A stretch of 62,429 bases of DNA, counting the filler, from Polymyxa betae A26-41 (taxonomy: Eukaryota; Protista; Endomyxa: Phytomyxea): NCBI GenBank assembly GCA_003693705.1. It is 6 parts of 6 records of this genome, joined end to end, with 100 filler letters (N's around TTAATTAATTAA, not from the genome) between each part and the next. Parts side by side here need not be neighbours in the genome. Positions count along the whole stretch, not along the records: positions 12,399 to 30,724 come from RBZT01000668.1; positions 30,825 to 37,530 come from RBZT01000487.1; positions 37,631 to 51,383 come from RBZT01000730.1; 3 more parts are not named here. One strand, 5' to 3'. This document shows positions 24,714 to 37,959 of the stretch, piece by piece. Numbering within the stretch: position 1 is the first letter of the stretch; every line of letters begins with the position of its first letter. The notes under the pieces were generated by a model, which saw only the letters and a program-made list of their open reading frames with translations, was not told the origin of the DNA and did not search any database. The position numbers were made by a program, and so were the translations under genes.

Positions 24714-25289
24714 CCCCCAATACTGCGTCAGCAAGTGACAGATTTTGCGCGACTCCGTCTTATTGTTGGGGGTTGTGACGTCTTTCTAACCTTCACGTCT
24801 TATGGATGTCCCTGCTTGTAGTGTCTGGCACATAGATGCCGCCAATGATTACATTGAAAACTTGGAGGATGATACCAGCAGCATCGGGACTGTGGTGGAG
24901 GAGACTCAGGACGACGATGATGTCTCTGTTCCTCTGTTCGACCATTATCTAACTCACGTTAATAATATCAACAGATTGCTGCCAAACTGGCAGCTTTCTC
25001 AATTACAATCGGATGGACGTCAAATGACTGTGATTCCTAAAGCGTCGAAGCTTCCATCGATTGTTCTACATCCTGTTCTGTATCGAAATTTTGTCTCGTT
25101 ATACAAATTTCACATGCTGTCCGTCTCGTACAAATTCAAATAGGAACTGTGACGTCGGGATTTCGAGTAGTTAAAAAACTTTCTGTCTCAACGTTGGGGA
25201 CGCTGAGATCTATTGATTTACAGAGAGTTTAGTGAGATCGACCATTTTTTTTCAACAGGAGATTTCAATCTCAGTGGCCGCCTATCAAC

Positions 25290-27090
25290 CGTTTAGAATC
25301 ACGATGAGTCGCACTGTACAATCTATCAATATACAATCTACCAACTTTCAGATCTTCAAGCTGTTAGCGTAGAGTGATTTTAGTGGCTTATTTTGTCAGA
25401 TTAGCAGGGATCAGCTCATTGATGATGGCAATCGCAGCCATATTGCGACCGGCTATCACAATCGTATTCATTTAATTCAAACAATACACAGCAGACATCT
25501 GAGCAGAGCAATGTAGTGTTTATTTTAAAATCTATCTAGATCATGATACCATCGAAAATCAGCTTCATCAGCATAAAAAGTAACATGACGTTCGTGTTTC
25601 TCTGTAATTTGCCATATTATAGACTGGAATGCTGGTTAATATTTGTTACTGAATTCAGATGGGAATGCATCTTGTTCTATTATGTACCTTTTTTCGGCAA
25701 TACTCGTTCGCTGAGCAAACTCTTGGCTTAAACCGTTTCGAACAAGGCTTATAGTGTAAAATTTAATGATATCCAATACCACTGGTGTATTCCGATTGGT
25801 TCTGGATTTAGCCACACTGCCATAAATGGCTTTGTTCCGATGGTGCTGGCACCGCTTATTGATCTTATTCAATAAACTAGGCGATTACATTCCGATTCTA
25901 AAGTTATCAATGATATTTCATGTACAAACAGTAACACACATTCGATTCGCCAATGACCATTGACCAATGTGATGTCCTGAGATCATACGAACCTAGGCTG
26001 GGTGGCCAGTCGCAACCTACAGAGGTAGGCATCACACCAGACGCCAAGTACGATGACAGCTCGGTTTGATAGCCAACAGATTCGGCCCACATCCCCTTGA
26101 ATATGTTTGTGATCACCAAAACTAATCGTAGGGGATGGGCAAAATGAAAATCATCTGCGCTGAGCGGTTAATTGTATGGTTGGCGACAAAAATCCTGTCG
26201 CGACAGGCGAGGCGACAGACAGTGTACCAAACGACCGCAACCTCTGTTGGCAGAAAGATGCGATCAAATTGCAAACTGCCAAACGCTGCCAGCAATGTCT
26301 CATGTTAGTTTATGTAAAAAGAATGATTCCGTGCTCAGACAGTATAGTACAAAAGTTGTTCTCGAGTGCACATTGCTAGTGTATTGAGTAAGATTAGAAG
26401 GGATCATCATCTCGTTCATCATGGCTCTCGCAGCGTTTCCGCGGCTCAGACGAGGAGTAGACCCTGATTAAAGCCGCCAGATCGAGTAAAGGCAATCTGA
26501 CTGCTGCAACACGACAGATTCGAGAAGAATGTGGACAACGAAGAACCCTCGAGCCATCGGATCAGAATCACGAATCCCCGATTCTGAACCAGATTCTTGC
26601 TATCAAAATTCTAATCGCTATATTCCATTAATACACAAAAGCAAACTTCTACTTAGAGATCCTCATCAGGCTATTCTCGTAGAGTGATTTGTACTGTATT
26701 GAGTTCGATTAGCAGGGAATGATCTCCTTGATCATGGCTCTCGTTGCGATTTCAGTGCTGAGATGAAGTTTTACAGCTACTGAAGCCGTCAGCAGCAAAA
26801 CGACCGTCTCAAACGGCATGACGACAAAGTAGAACATTCGAGGCTGCCATTCGAATCCAGTGTTTTGTCGAGGTCACAAAATCCCGACTCTCAACACGAT
26901 CCAGGCTATCAATTAATTGCCATAACATCTCATCAATATACAAAAACAAATTTCTACTTTCCACTGTTCTTCACGCTATTCTCGTAGAGTGATTCGGCGG
27001 TTTATTGAGTTAGATTAGCCGGGATCATCATCTCATTGATGATGGAATTCGCAACGATTTCAGGACTAAGACCGAGCAAGTCGAGTCAGT
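25290..27090 (-). repeat. diverged ~310-bp repeat (three tandem units 26330-27090 plus one near 25290-25460); decayed repeat-protein gene
   Basis: Recurring CGTAGAGTGATT...GATTAGCAGGGATCATCATCTCATTGATGATGG; minus strand reads NEMMIPANLTQ-like peptides followed by a GTAGAA...GATAG intron-like segment. Confidence 0.65.
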
Positions 27091-29404
27091 GACTGGAGGC
27101 CCTGCAAAATCATTCTTCATTACAAGATCGCGCCTATCTATTCTGAAAGTCGTCGTGGACGGCTGAACAGTTTCGACGTACGACGTCGACTTGCACCGTG
27201 CTACTGCATCTATGCGACCCGGCCGTGCTCCTATTAGCGTTGTATGCATGGTGGATAGTATCACCATGATCGCCGAAAGGAACTCTCTTAGTACTATTGA
27301 TGCTTGTACTTTCTTCTTCAAACCTTCTCTAAAGTCAGATGGCGAAAGGTAAGACAATATTGGGTTGTCGTTTTTAGTTTATCGTTTGAAACTGTCAAAC
27401 TGTTGCTGATGTTTGTTTTATTTGATACTCAGATTTTAGTGTTGTGCCCCATGTCCAGGTGCCATCGTCGGTCCCTGTTGCAGAACACAGAAATCATTAA
27501 GCTACATTGTATAGAGAAGATCAACCTTGTGACATTTGTGTCGCCAATGTCGAAGCACCTGGCAACGACCACCATATGATGGTATCAGGTCACCCAGCTG
27601 CCATTTTGAAAACTCTCATTCTCAAAGTAGCGACAAGAACCAGAATCTGAACGACTTAATGATGTAATCAAAATGCAGAAACCGATCGTGCATGTTAATG
27701 ACCGGGTTAAAAACAATGTCCAATGTTCAATGCTCCGTCGCCTCGATCATTATCTCTGTTTCCTGTAAGCAACTGTTGGTTTTACATAATATAACCGAAA
27801 TCATTGACGCCTAGGCATCTTTGTTATTCAATGGCGACCCGTTTTAAACACAAGAGAGCACATCCGTATTATTGATCATATCAACTCGGGACAACGACGA
27901 TCTGTAAATCGATCGAGTCTCAATGCGGTCTATGATGCCAATGTCCAATACGATCATTTGAAGAGTCTGTTGTCCGCTTAGTTACTGGCGCTCTGTTTGT
28001 CTCCTCATCAGTTCAGATCCATAATGCTGGACTGGATTTAATGTAAGTAAGCTTCCGTTTTTATGTGTTCTTTGTTGCCTTCCGCATCTCAAATACAGCA
28101 GCAGCAATGTTTCGCTCTCTCTTCCATTCTTTATCATTTTTGTAACATCTATTAGGCTTAATGTTTATTTTGTTTCACAGATAGTGATTGGAGACGCACT
28201 TCCTTTTCTCTCCTGCGCCCTCTGCTCGGCTCGCTGGGGCGCTGTAGCCCTATCTCCTTCATGCTTTTAGACAGTTGTCTTTCTCGCTTCCACAAGAGTG
28301 ATTATATCTTTTGTCAATTTTGCTTGATTCCGCTAAATACCGCCCTAAACGCTATTGCTATTTTTGCATGCTATCTCGAGGACAACCATTCGCGTTCTCT
28401 CTCTCTCACTCATTGTCGATTCTACGTTAAATCCTTTCTAGCTTTATCTTCTTGGTGGTGTTTCCCCATATCGTGATATTTCTCTACCCTTGGTCCCTAA
28501 CGTTAACCGCGTTATGTTCTGTAATTAATGGGAAATAATATTCTGACGAATGCGATTTGACCTTCGGCTCTATCTCTACCGGCTTATGTCTGTAGCACTG
28601 TCTTCTTTCTGCTCATTCTCTATTTCGAATCCAACGTCGTCCAGGACCAGTACCTCGGCCGTTCTATCTCCCACTCAGCGAGTGCTGCAGATAAATTCTC
28701 GGTGCCAATGACAAGGAAGCCTCGACAGAGCGCTCGATCTGATTTCTCAGAGATTCTGGTGTTACAGAAAATGATAGTTTATTGCAATTCTGTATACAGG
28801 ATATCCAATATCATAATCCTCTATTCAACTAACAATATCCCACCTAGTCATAAACCCAACCATAATAATTCTCCCAATAATCGGTGTATTAAGTGAGAAC
28901 GCAGACAACGATCGTAGCTGCTGCGTCCTTCTCGTAGTTGGCATTATTTTGTAGCCATGAATGATTCGCTACCGAATCCACCACACAACGCCTTTTCGTT
29001 TTAGACGGAACCACATGAGCATTACCGAAATCGCAGCGATTTCGTCTAGTAATCATTCGATGCGATTCTATGAGTTTTCAGCATATGTCTCTTCTTATCT
29101 TCATACAATGCGACAAAATAATCTGGAAATTCATTGGTACGTTTAAATCAGACCATCAGAACGCAGTATATCCCTTGATCTGCCCTGAAGTAGACACTCG
29201 GAGCACAGTGTAGAATGAGCCGTTTAGCGAAGTGAGATTGGTGTCAGTTTCTGTTCTCTGTTTTAGCGAATTTTTCATTTATTTTGACTGCCTCCAATAC
29301 GGCATTTGTTCTTTTTTATCAACGGATACAACGGATATTTTTGTGTTTCTTCACTCCTCTGGCTTTGAGTTCGATCTTAGCAATAAGTTTTACAATGGTG
29401 CTGG

Positions 29405-30280
29405 GTGTCGTCAGGTATGGCGTCAGGCCATCCTCGGGCTCACTCTGCTGAGCATCTGGCCGCTGTAACTATCGGGACCTGGTCGCGACTTTCGCCGATA
29501 TCTTGGCGTCACTATGGGCAGCCCGCCGCCCAGGCCCGGGTCGCTGTCTCTGCCGACGACTTCGCTCTTCGTCTCAAGAAGCCCGTCTTGGCCCTGGCCC
29601 GTCTTCCTGATGTTGTCGAGCAAATGTATCGGATTTGTTCCAGCGACCAACTCTAAGATACCTGTAATTTCTTTAGCACTATTGTCCTGGACGATATGGG
29701 GTGATTTTGCAGTTTCTCTTAACGTTTTAAATTAAGTTTTGGTTCTCTTTCGTCTAGCCTCCTGGTTTCTCTGTTAGAGGTTTTCACTCTTTGCCTTTCT
29801 GCTTGAGGTTCCAACAGATGTCAGTATCTTTCTCATTTTTCGGAAATCTCTGCACCTTTTAATTTTTCTATGTACGTACCCCAGATTTCGTTTCACTGAA
29901 GTTTCTTTATGTTTTGCGATATTCGTAAGCTCTTGATAAGATCACCGTTGAAAATATTTCGTTTCTTTTTTTGCTCTGCTAGTCGAGCTTTAGTATCTAA
30001 CAATTAGGTTTCTAATCTTTTTATTACAAATTTTCAGTTTTGTTCTAATAGACGTTTCGCCATTCTTTCTTTTAGAATTTCTCTGTAGGCGACGATGATT
30101 GAGAGGCTGATTCAGCAGCGTTTCGAGACGCTAAATCATCTGATGCTGCAGATGACGCAGAACCTAATTGTGGCGGCGCCACCCAATCTCAACACCGTTT
30201 TGCTGTCGGGGCCCTTCACGCACGGCCTGCGTCAGATTGTCCATTCGCGCTCAATTGATTACCGTCTGGATCGTGACTGA
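29405..30280 (+). pseudogene. spliced gene remnant of unknown function
   Basis: GC-rich exon-like blocks separated by a T-rich GT..AG segment; internal stops. Confidence 0.3.
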
Positions 30281-30824
30281 TGTGCAGCCGCCAGCTAATG
30301 AAGTCGGATACTCATTCCACCGTCCTAGCTGTGTCGGTTGTATTGGGGAGTCGTTGCAGGATGGCGGTGCCCCAGGTTCGTGGCGTCCTTCATGCTATGG
30401 GTATCGGCTGGTGCATGCTGTGATGATCGTCCCTGCCACCATAAGTATGATCTTGAAATCGGCAAGTCCCGGCGCCGTCTGCACAAAGTCGTCAGGTAAT
30501 CTTATAGCTTTGCCATGATCTTTTACTGTTTAAGCTGTTCGTCTTAACACTTTTATCGCCAATGCATTACAGCTTACAATCGTTCAAGTGGGTTTTTTCA
30601 TTTTTTACAATCTCTTTGACTATTTCTAACTTTATTTACATTTATTTCACGAAAACGTCTTTGACAGCATTGCTTTGTGCGAATTGCTTCTATTCCTGCT
30701 GTAAACGGATGCAGTGCTCTCGGANNNNNNNNNNNNNNNNNNNNNNNNNNNNNNNNNNNNNNNNNNNNTTAATTAATTAANNNNNNNNNNNNNNNNNNNN
30801 NNNNNNNNNNNNNNNNNNNNNNNN

Positions 30825-31220
30825 GGGATAAGCAGCACTGGCCATGGCTGAATAGAAATATACAGCATACTATCAATCATAGGGGTCAGGATCGGTTAAA
30901 TGGGTTCGCACCAATCACAATGATGACTGGATTACCTGCTGAAAATCCACTTGAGGAAATATTTAGGTGTCCATATCTCGCTTTTGGGACAGTCAAGATG
31001 GATGGAATATCTATCAAGAAACATGTTGAGGAATGACAGCTCGCATTGACGGAAATGCATAAGTCTGTAACATTAACTTCTGAAAAGTTACGAAAATCAA
31101 AATCTTCATTAAAGAATGTGAAGAGATTTTTGTGTTGGTGATTTTGTCTTTGTTGGGCTTCCGGAGCCTACCAAATCTGCTGGACAAAAACAATTTTTGA
31201 AATAGAAAGGACCGTTTGGT
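30825..31220 (+). mobile_element. Ty3/gypsy integrase C-terminal remnant
   Basis: QHTINH...RLNGFAPITMMTGLP and FCVGDFVFV...K*KGPF (GPY/F module) with stops and a frameshift. Confidence 0.7.
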
Positions 31221-31759
31221 AAAAGGGCTCTCCATTTCCGTTCAGGAAACAGTCCCGAACGATGAAGGTTTAGCGCCGATGATCTCGGAGGCGTAATCAC
31301 GAAACCATTGGGCTTCATTCACAGAAGACATGGTAGATATGAACTAGTCAGAACTGCGCGAGCTCACGCACGTTTCCATTTCGAATAACAGAGACTGAAA
31401 AAACCTGTTTTAAACCGGTTTTTTCAGTCTGATGAAAATATCAGCTAGAAACTGGCCAATGCAGAAGCCAAAGAATGCGCAATCACGGCGGCGATTTATA
31501 TACAGTATGCCAGTGACGTGCGAGAACGTTCACAACTTGCCAAATAGTAAAATACGTAAAATTTATCCACGGAAAAATTCAAAAAAAAGCTGATCTTCAT
31601 CGTTGATTTGCGTTGAAATTTTGTCAATAAACTCCTTGGATCGCGAGCTATCAGCTGTTAAAGTTTGAGGTGATAATTCAAGACTGGTTTTTCCGGTTGG
31701 ACTGATAGAATTGTTTGTGCTTGTGTTTGTGCTTAGTGCACGCAGAATATCGGTGCGCA

Positions 31760-33649
31760 CTCCATCATGGAGAGTGGGCGCAAAATTGAAGGGCTATATG
31801 ACCGAACAAAGGATCAACATCATCCGTACAAGCGTTCAGGCTTTTATGGCGTTGATGCTTTGTCCAAACACTTATCTTCCGGATGGAATCCCAGCTGTCA
31901 ATTCAAATCTGATTATATGCATCATTTAGGCGTAAGTGCAACTGTATTGAAATCCAAGTGACGATTAATGTCAGTTATAGAACGTGGCCAAAACGCTGAT
32001 TGGAGCGCTGGACTGTGAGGCAAATGGCTCCGGGCTAGTTTTTGATGAAGCTCGTGACGCTGAGAGAGCACTGAATCGGCTGGCGACTGTTTGGGACTAC
32101 AAGACGCGCTTGCCATGGGCATTGATTAGAGGGAGCCGGGCTGAAATAACAGACAGACTGAAAATGCTCAGAGCTCCAGAAGGCATGTTTAATTAATCTA
32201 ATTATTGGGTTGCTAACCATGCTGAAACTGAAAACTAGGATGTCCCGAACTTTTCAATCCATATGTACCATCTCAATTCCTCATTAAGAACGCGCAATGG
32301 CATATGATGCTGCATGGATTATTGAAAATTTTGACCAAAGGTTTATTTGGAACTGATAGCTGTTCCAAGACAATTCCAGAAAGTGCTGTATTTGTTCTTT
32401 GACAAGCTATCAGGTTGCTTCTGCTTGGTTGCCAAGCGTTCGGGTTTAGGCAAGTTTCAGGTTGTGCTCACGGAAGCTCTAACATTGCTTGAAGATGTTA
32501 GGCTCTATTGCTATTCTCACTCAATCCTAACCTAAGCATGTTGAACAGCAACTTCCGTGTATGTTCATGACTCTTCCTGTGCATTTAATGTTGCACATAG
32601 TTCCCCATTTGCTTCAAGATTTAGGGCCTTTAACAGGATCGACATGGAATTTTTGGTCTGAGCGGTTTATGAGACCGACAAAATCGATGAGCAACGCCTC
32701 CAAAGGCCAGGCTGTGAACATTATAAAGAATTTCTACGAACATGTCATTGTAGCCTGTTTCAGGTAAGTAACGGTCAACAATATCGATGATGACTCAGTA
32801 GCAATTTAGGTATGAGCATCATCAACAATTCTCCCATAGTGCCGAAAGAATATGGACCTTCGGGGCAGCAGAAGATGCTAACGAAGGCAATTCCGAAAGT
32901 GCTTCCGTTGTTTTTAATCAAAACGATTCGCAGATAGGTATCAACTTGGGTGTGGACAGTTGACGACTATTTATTTTATCGATATTGAAGTTCCACGAAG
33001 ATCTGTTCCACAGATTTGAAGAATATCGTCGCGCTGTGATGGCTGTGAATTCCAAAATTGGAACTTCATTCAGCGACGAGAGATTGCAAGCACAACCGAT
33101 TGCATTTTTAGAACGCAACTGGGATGAATTGATTGCGTTTCTCATTGATGCAGGATTCGACCAATCATTAACAGCCGCATTGCAAGGTAGGTTTGTTATA
33201 CCGTTCGTTTATTGTATATAATGGCCATTTGCGAAAGTTTTAGAGTTAGATGTAAATCACCATTGTCGGCTTTAATTTCAATTTGGAACTTGACGTTAGA
33301 ATACACCCATACTTAATTGGAAGGTTGAGACGATTTCAGTAAGAGCTCTTACATTTTCGGGTCTCACCACTACTGTTGGATAGGGGAGTTTGCCAGCATC
33401 AAACGAATAATGCATAGCGGTAGAAAATTTCTCTCTCGGGAATACGAGCAAAAAAAGCATTGAAAACAAGCAACCATATGATGCAGATTAAGGTGGCAAC
33501 AACGCAATCCCACGATACCGTTTGGTTTGCTGCCGCCAACTGGTTCACAAAGATAAGGATCAACGATGATACCGCTGAAGTACTCTTAGCATATGTTGAC
33601 TGGTACCGATCTCCAAAAGGTGTAAAAGCCGGCTTCTCTATTGATGAAG
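31760..33649 (+). pseudogene. CACTA/En-Spm transposase remnant (DUF4218-like region)
   Basis: LPCMFMTLPVHLMLHIVPHLLQDLGPL...WNFWSERFMRPTK...N...NIIKNFY matches the En/Spm LP.F..HL..H..GP..W.F..ER motif; many stops; interrupted by the gypsy LTR at 33650. Confidence 0.75.
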
Positions 33650-36600
33650 TGTAGCAAATTATTACTTTACTATAAGAAAATACAAGAATAGTTTGCAAGT
33701 TTTCAAGCTACGACGAAGCTGCGCTAAGATTCGCCCGCGGAATAATACGGACACCGTGACGGCCTTTGGGTCCTGGAAGTTCCCAAGGTAGAAATACAGA
33801 ATTATTATTGATTTTACCTTCATTCCCGTGTATCTGATCGTAGAATCGAGACGATTGCTACAAAGAATTCTTTTAGCCAGATGGCTACCTTGATGACAAC
33901 ATCGGATGAAGATCTTCTATATGATGAAATCGACGAACAAATAGTCTACGACTATGAAACACCCACTGAACATGACGGGATGGCAGACCGAGGGTCTTTC
34001 CAAATCGTTGAAGATGAAGTCAGTCAGCGAATGCAGACTGACAATGACGACCAGGGCACTGGCAATAGCCGGAATACACCCAACAGCGATGAGATCGAGG
34101 CTAATCATTGCCGCCAGATGACCAACGGCGGAAACCAGGGCATGGCCTCGGGAAACCTAGCCGTCGTGGAGACGAATCGCGCCCCAGAATTGCGGAAGCC
34201 GGATCGCAAAGCGATCTTGAAATTCGTTGATAACCGGGAACGTTACTTGCGTAATTTTCGCGATGCGAACACTGCAGGTAGGCCACGTTCATTGGTGTCG
34301 ATGATCGAGACAACTATGATCGAGACGATCTGCGAATGCGATCTCGGTATCTCCGCCGAAATCGCTACCGATGAAGACCTCGAATCATGGATCAATACTG
34401 CCTTGATAGATGACCGGTCGCAGGACTCTCAAATAGAGAAGAAGATGAAGATGAAGATGAATCTGAGCATCGAAGCTCCAAAATTACGGGTCACTGACCT
34501 ATTTTCCCAATTCAATAAAATTGTCAAAGACAATGGTTGGAAGCATCTTTTTGCCGATGAGGATGGGCAGAAGATGAAGATCCGGTTTCTTGTAAATGCA
34601 ATCGAACCGAAAGAGTTGAAGACGATCATTAAGAATAAGATGAAGATTGAGCCCCGGTTCACGAAACAGCCCACGGCTTTTCTGAGGTTACTACGCGAAA
34701 AAACTGTGAACCATGAAGAATCACGGACGCTGAACAAGGCAGATGACGTTGACGAGAAGAAAATGAAGAAGAATTACCGTAAGCGCCCGATTGATGATGA
34801 AAAAAAGGAGACGAAGAAGACGAAAGGCGAAGCGAAGAGCAGTATGCCAGACCGCTCCAACACGCTGTTTTTTAAATGTAAGAAATATGGCCATGGATGT
34901 TTCAAATGTCCAGAAGGCCTAACCAAAGAAGAAGTTCACACGCTTCTCAAGAAGCACGATAATACATACAAGAAGAAAAATTCCAATTACCTTTTGGTCT
35001 GCAGAATTGGTAGTGGACCAGACGAAAGTCGCAAGATAGATGTGAAAATTAGTGAAGGCCTGTATGTCCCTGGAATACTTGACAGTGGAGCCACGGACAT
35101 GTCGCTGATCCCGCTTCGGATAGCGCAGCTGGCAATCCGGAACGACCTCACAATCAAGACGGAGCGGCTAAGAGAGCCTATTCGACTCAGATTGGGGGAT
35201 AACAGAACAGAAGTAGAGGCTACGGAGAGCGTGATACTCGATATCGACCTGCGCGCAAAAGCCGGTGAAATTATCACAAGGCAACGGAGATGCCTAATCT
35301 GGGATGTTCCCAGTGACGAGATCATTCTTGGGAGTGACCTTCTAGAAGAACTTGGGATAGAGCGAAAAACTGCGCTCGACGCATTAATTGTGAGAAAAGG
35401 GGCGAAGTTAGATGATATTCAGGGCTCTCAAGGACTTCTTAATGAAGAAGGATTTGAATCGGAAGATTTCGACGACTTTGATGATATGGTAATAAAAAAG
35501 TGCCTAGATCGAAAAGAAATCGATGAGGGCCTGGAAATGTTAGTAGAAGTTGCTAAAAGTAACGGCCTACCAGAAGAATGGACGGGGAAATTGAGTAGGC
35601 TCGTACGAAAGTATCGAAATGTATGGCGCATAACGCTAGGCCCAGACGCGCCTGCCAAAGTCACACCGTTTGTTACTCCTTTAACACCAAACGCAAGACC
35701 GTACAAATGTCCAAATAGGCGTTATAGTACAGAAGACAGCAAATTTTTACGGCAATTCATCACTGAGCTGGAAACCAACAATCTGGTAGAAGAAAACCTG
35801 AATTCAGAATGGGCCTCACCAGTTGTCGTAGTGAAGAAACCTGACGGAAGTAGAAGAATGTGCGTTGATCTGCGAGGCGTGAACGCCATATCTGAAAGCA
35901 CAACATGGCCAATGCCATTCCTAGAAGCCATAGTAAATAAGTTGGCTGGATCCAAATGTTGGTTCAAACTGGATGCATTTAAAGGCTTTTGGATGATGCC
36001 ATTAGCAGAAGAATGTCGAGAAATGTTTTCATCCATGACAGACAGAGGGGTGTACACACCGAAAAGATCCATACAAGGCGCCTTGAACTCTGCTACGCAG
36101 TTTCAAGCGAGGATGACTGAAATTTTCAAGAGTCTAATACAAGATTCTCAAATCGTATGGATTGATGACCTAGTAGGGTACGCGAATTCACTCGAGAGAT
36201 GGTTTAGTACGAAGAAACATTAAGGCTTGCAGCTAAATATAACAGCAAGCTAAACTTGAAGAAATGCGATTTATTCACCCGTAAAGTTAAGTTTTGCGGA
36301 CGAATATTCACACCGGACGGAGTCGCACACGACACCGCTCGAATTGAGGCACTGCTTGCAATTCCGCAACCGAAAACGGCTAGGGACCTGCAGCAGTTCT
36401 TGATGGCAACTCAGTGGATGAACAGGTCGATTCCCGAATACAACAAAAAAGTTCATAGTTTACAGGATATCTTTGAACTAAGCATGAAGGATCAACCATC
36501 GAGGAACAAAAGTGTTGCGAGGCAGGTTAGACTGTCCAAGTACGGATGGAGCCCGCAGCATGCTCTCACTTTCGAGTTACTGAAGACAGCTATCGCTAAC

Positions 36601-37530
36601 AATGTCAAGTTGGCATATCCAAGAGATGATATGGCGCAGTGTATGTTTACTAACGCCAATGAATCGAGTGCATCCGGAATGGTGACTCAGATTCCAATTG
36701 AAGACATCAATAAACCAGTATCGTTACAAAGGCATGAACCATTGGGATTCGTTGGCCACCGGTTCAATAGATGCGAAATGAACTGGAGTGTGGCTGAGAA
36801 AGAAGGGTTCGCTATCAAAGATACGATGCAAAAGCTGGACTTTTTATTACAGATGAAACGACCATTCAAACTGTTTTGTGACCATAAAAATCTAATACAG
36901 ATTTTTTCACCAACGAATGTGTCACAGCCAACGGCTCAGAAGCTACAAAGATGGGCCCTTTACATGCAGCGATTTCACTACCAAATCGTGCACATCAAAG
37001 GAGAAGAAAACATTTGGGCCGATCTGATGACAAGATGGGGAGCGAAACCAGTTGATGAAGAAAACTCACGCATCGATTGGTCCGCAGAGTACGCACAAGA
37101 ACTGTCCCAGATGACCAGAGGATTAGACCTTTACAAAACCCCGAATTTGTATGGCCTACAGTAGAAGAAATAGAGAAAATTCAGAAGAAATGGTTATCAA
37201 ATATTGACAATCGAAAAATAAATGAAGACGGTTTAATTGTCACAGATAAGAAAAAAGTGATAATTCCGTTAGAAGCAGAAGAAATGAGATGCCGGTTATG
37301 TATAATCGCCCATGCTGGAGGAAACAGTGGACACCTCGGGTACCAGGGCAGCGCGCAAAAATTGACGCAGTTTTTTCACTGGAAGAACTGTACCGAAGAC
37401 GTAAAAGCGGTATGCAGTTCATGCCTGCACTGCTTGCCCACTAGAGGAGGAATGAGAATTCCACGACCCCTAGGAACCCAGGTTCACGGTCAGCAACCGA
37501 ATGAAGCGTTACACATGGATTGGATATATA
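33650..37530 (+). mobile_element. Ty3/gypsy retrotransposon (5' LTR 33650-33862), truncated by contig end
   Basis: 213-bp LTR with perfect TGTAGCAA/TTGCTACA termini; gag-PR-RT-RH-IN domain order. Confidence 0.92.
33881..37530 (+). pseudogene. gypsy gag-pol with frameshifts near 36210 and 37075
   Basis: LDSGA protease; WASPVVVVKKPDGSRRMCVD, LDAFKGFW, WIDD RT; RNase H EKEGFAI/CDHKNL/NIWADLMTR with first catalytic D changed to N (FTNAN); integrase HHCC (AH..GH..CSSCLHC) and LHMDW. Confidence 0.92.
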
Positions 37531-37938
37531 NNNNNNNNNNNNNNNNNNNNNNNNNNNNNNNNNNNNNNNNNNNNTTAATTAATTAANNNNNNNNNNNNNN
37601 NNNNNNNNNNNNNNNNNNNNNNNNNNNNNNGTCGCGGTCGCTTCCAGCCGTCATCGCTGACATCCTTTTACGATTCGAATATGAGTGCGCTTTACTTCAA
37701 TGATCGATGATGGCTATACAGACAAACGTTCGTTGAATTCACTTTCCACTTCAATTTCGGTTTGGTGCTCACACGAAAATGACTTCGTCATACAAAAGCC
37801 ACAAAACATCAGCGTAAACGGAACTTTTGTGAAGATTATCGATTTCATTGGCGCTGTCGCAATATCACAATCAATAAACGTTTTCATATGTTAGCCCACA
37901 CACACCAGTTCGCGTGCAGTATCTAGATTCGGCACAAT

Positions 37939-37959
37939 GGGTTTAGGGTTTAGGGTTTT
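37939..37959 (+). repeat. short interstitial TTTAGGG repeat
   Basis: GGGTTTAGGGTTTAGGGTTTT. Confidence 0.7.

Noticed and set aside
25290-27090. CRISPR-like repeat-spacer array
   Set aside because: Units are long, diverged and homologous across most of their length; no cas genes; eukaryotic context.
31429-31452. Hammerhead ribozyme core (CTGATGA...GAAA); CTGATGA also at about 59808
   Set aside because: Stem II cannot form and no compatible stem III/cleavage triplet was found.
37894-37927. Helitron 3' end (…GTATCTAG)
   Set aside because: No convincing GC hairpin, and CTAG is followed by A rather than T.
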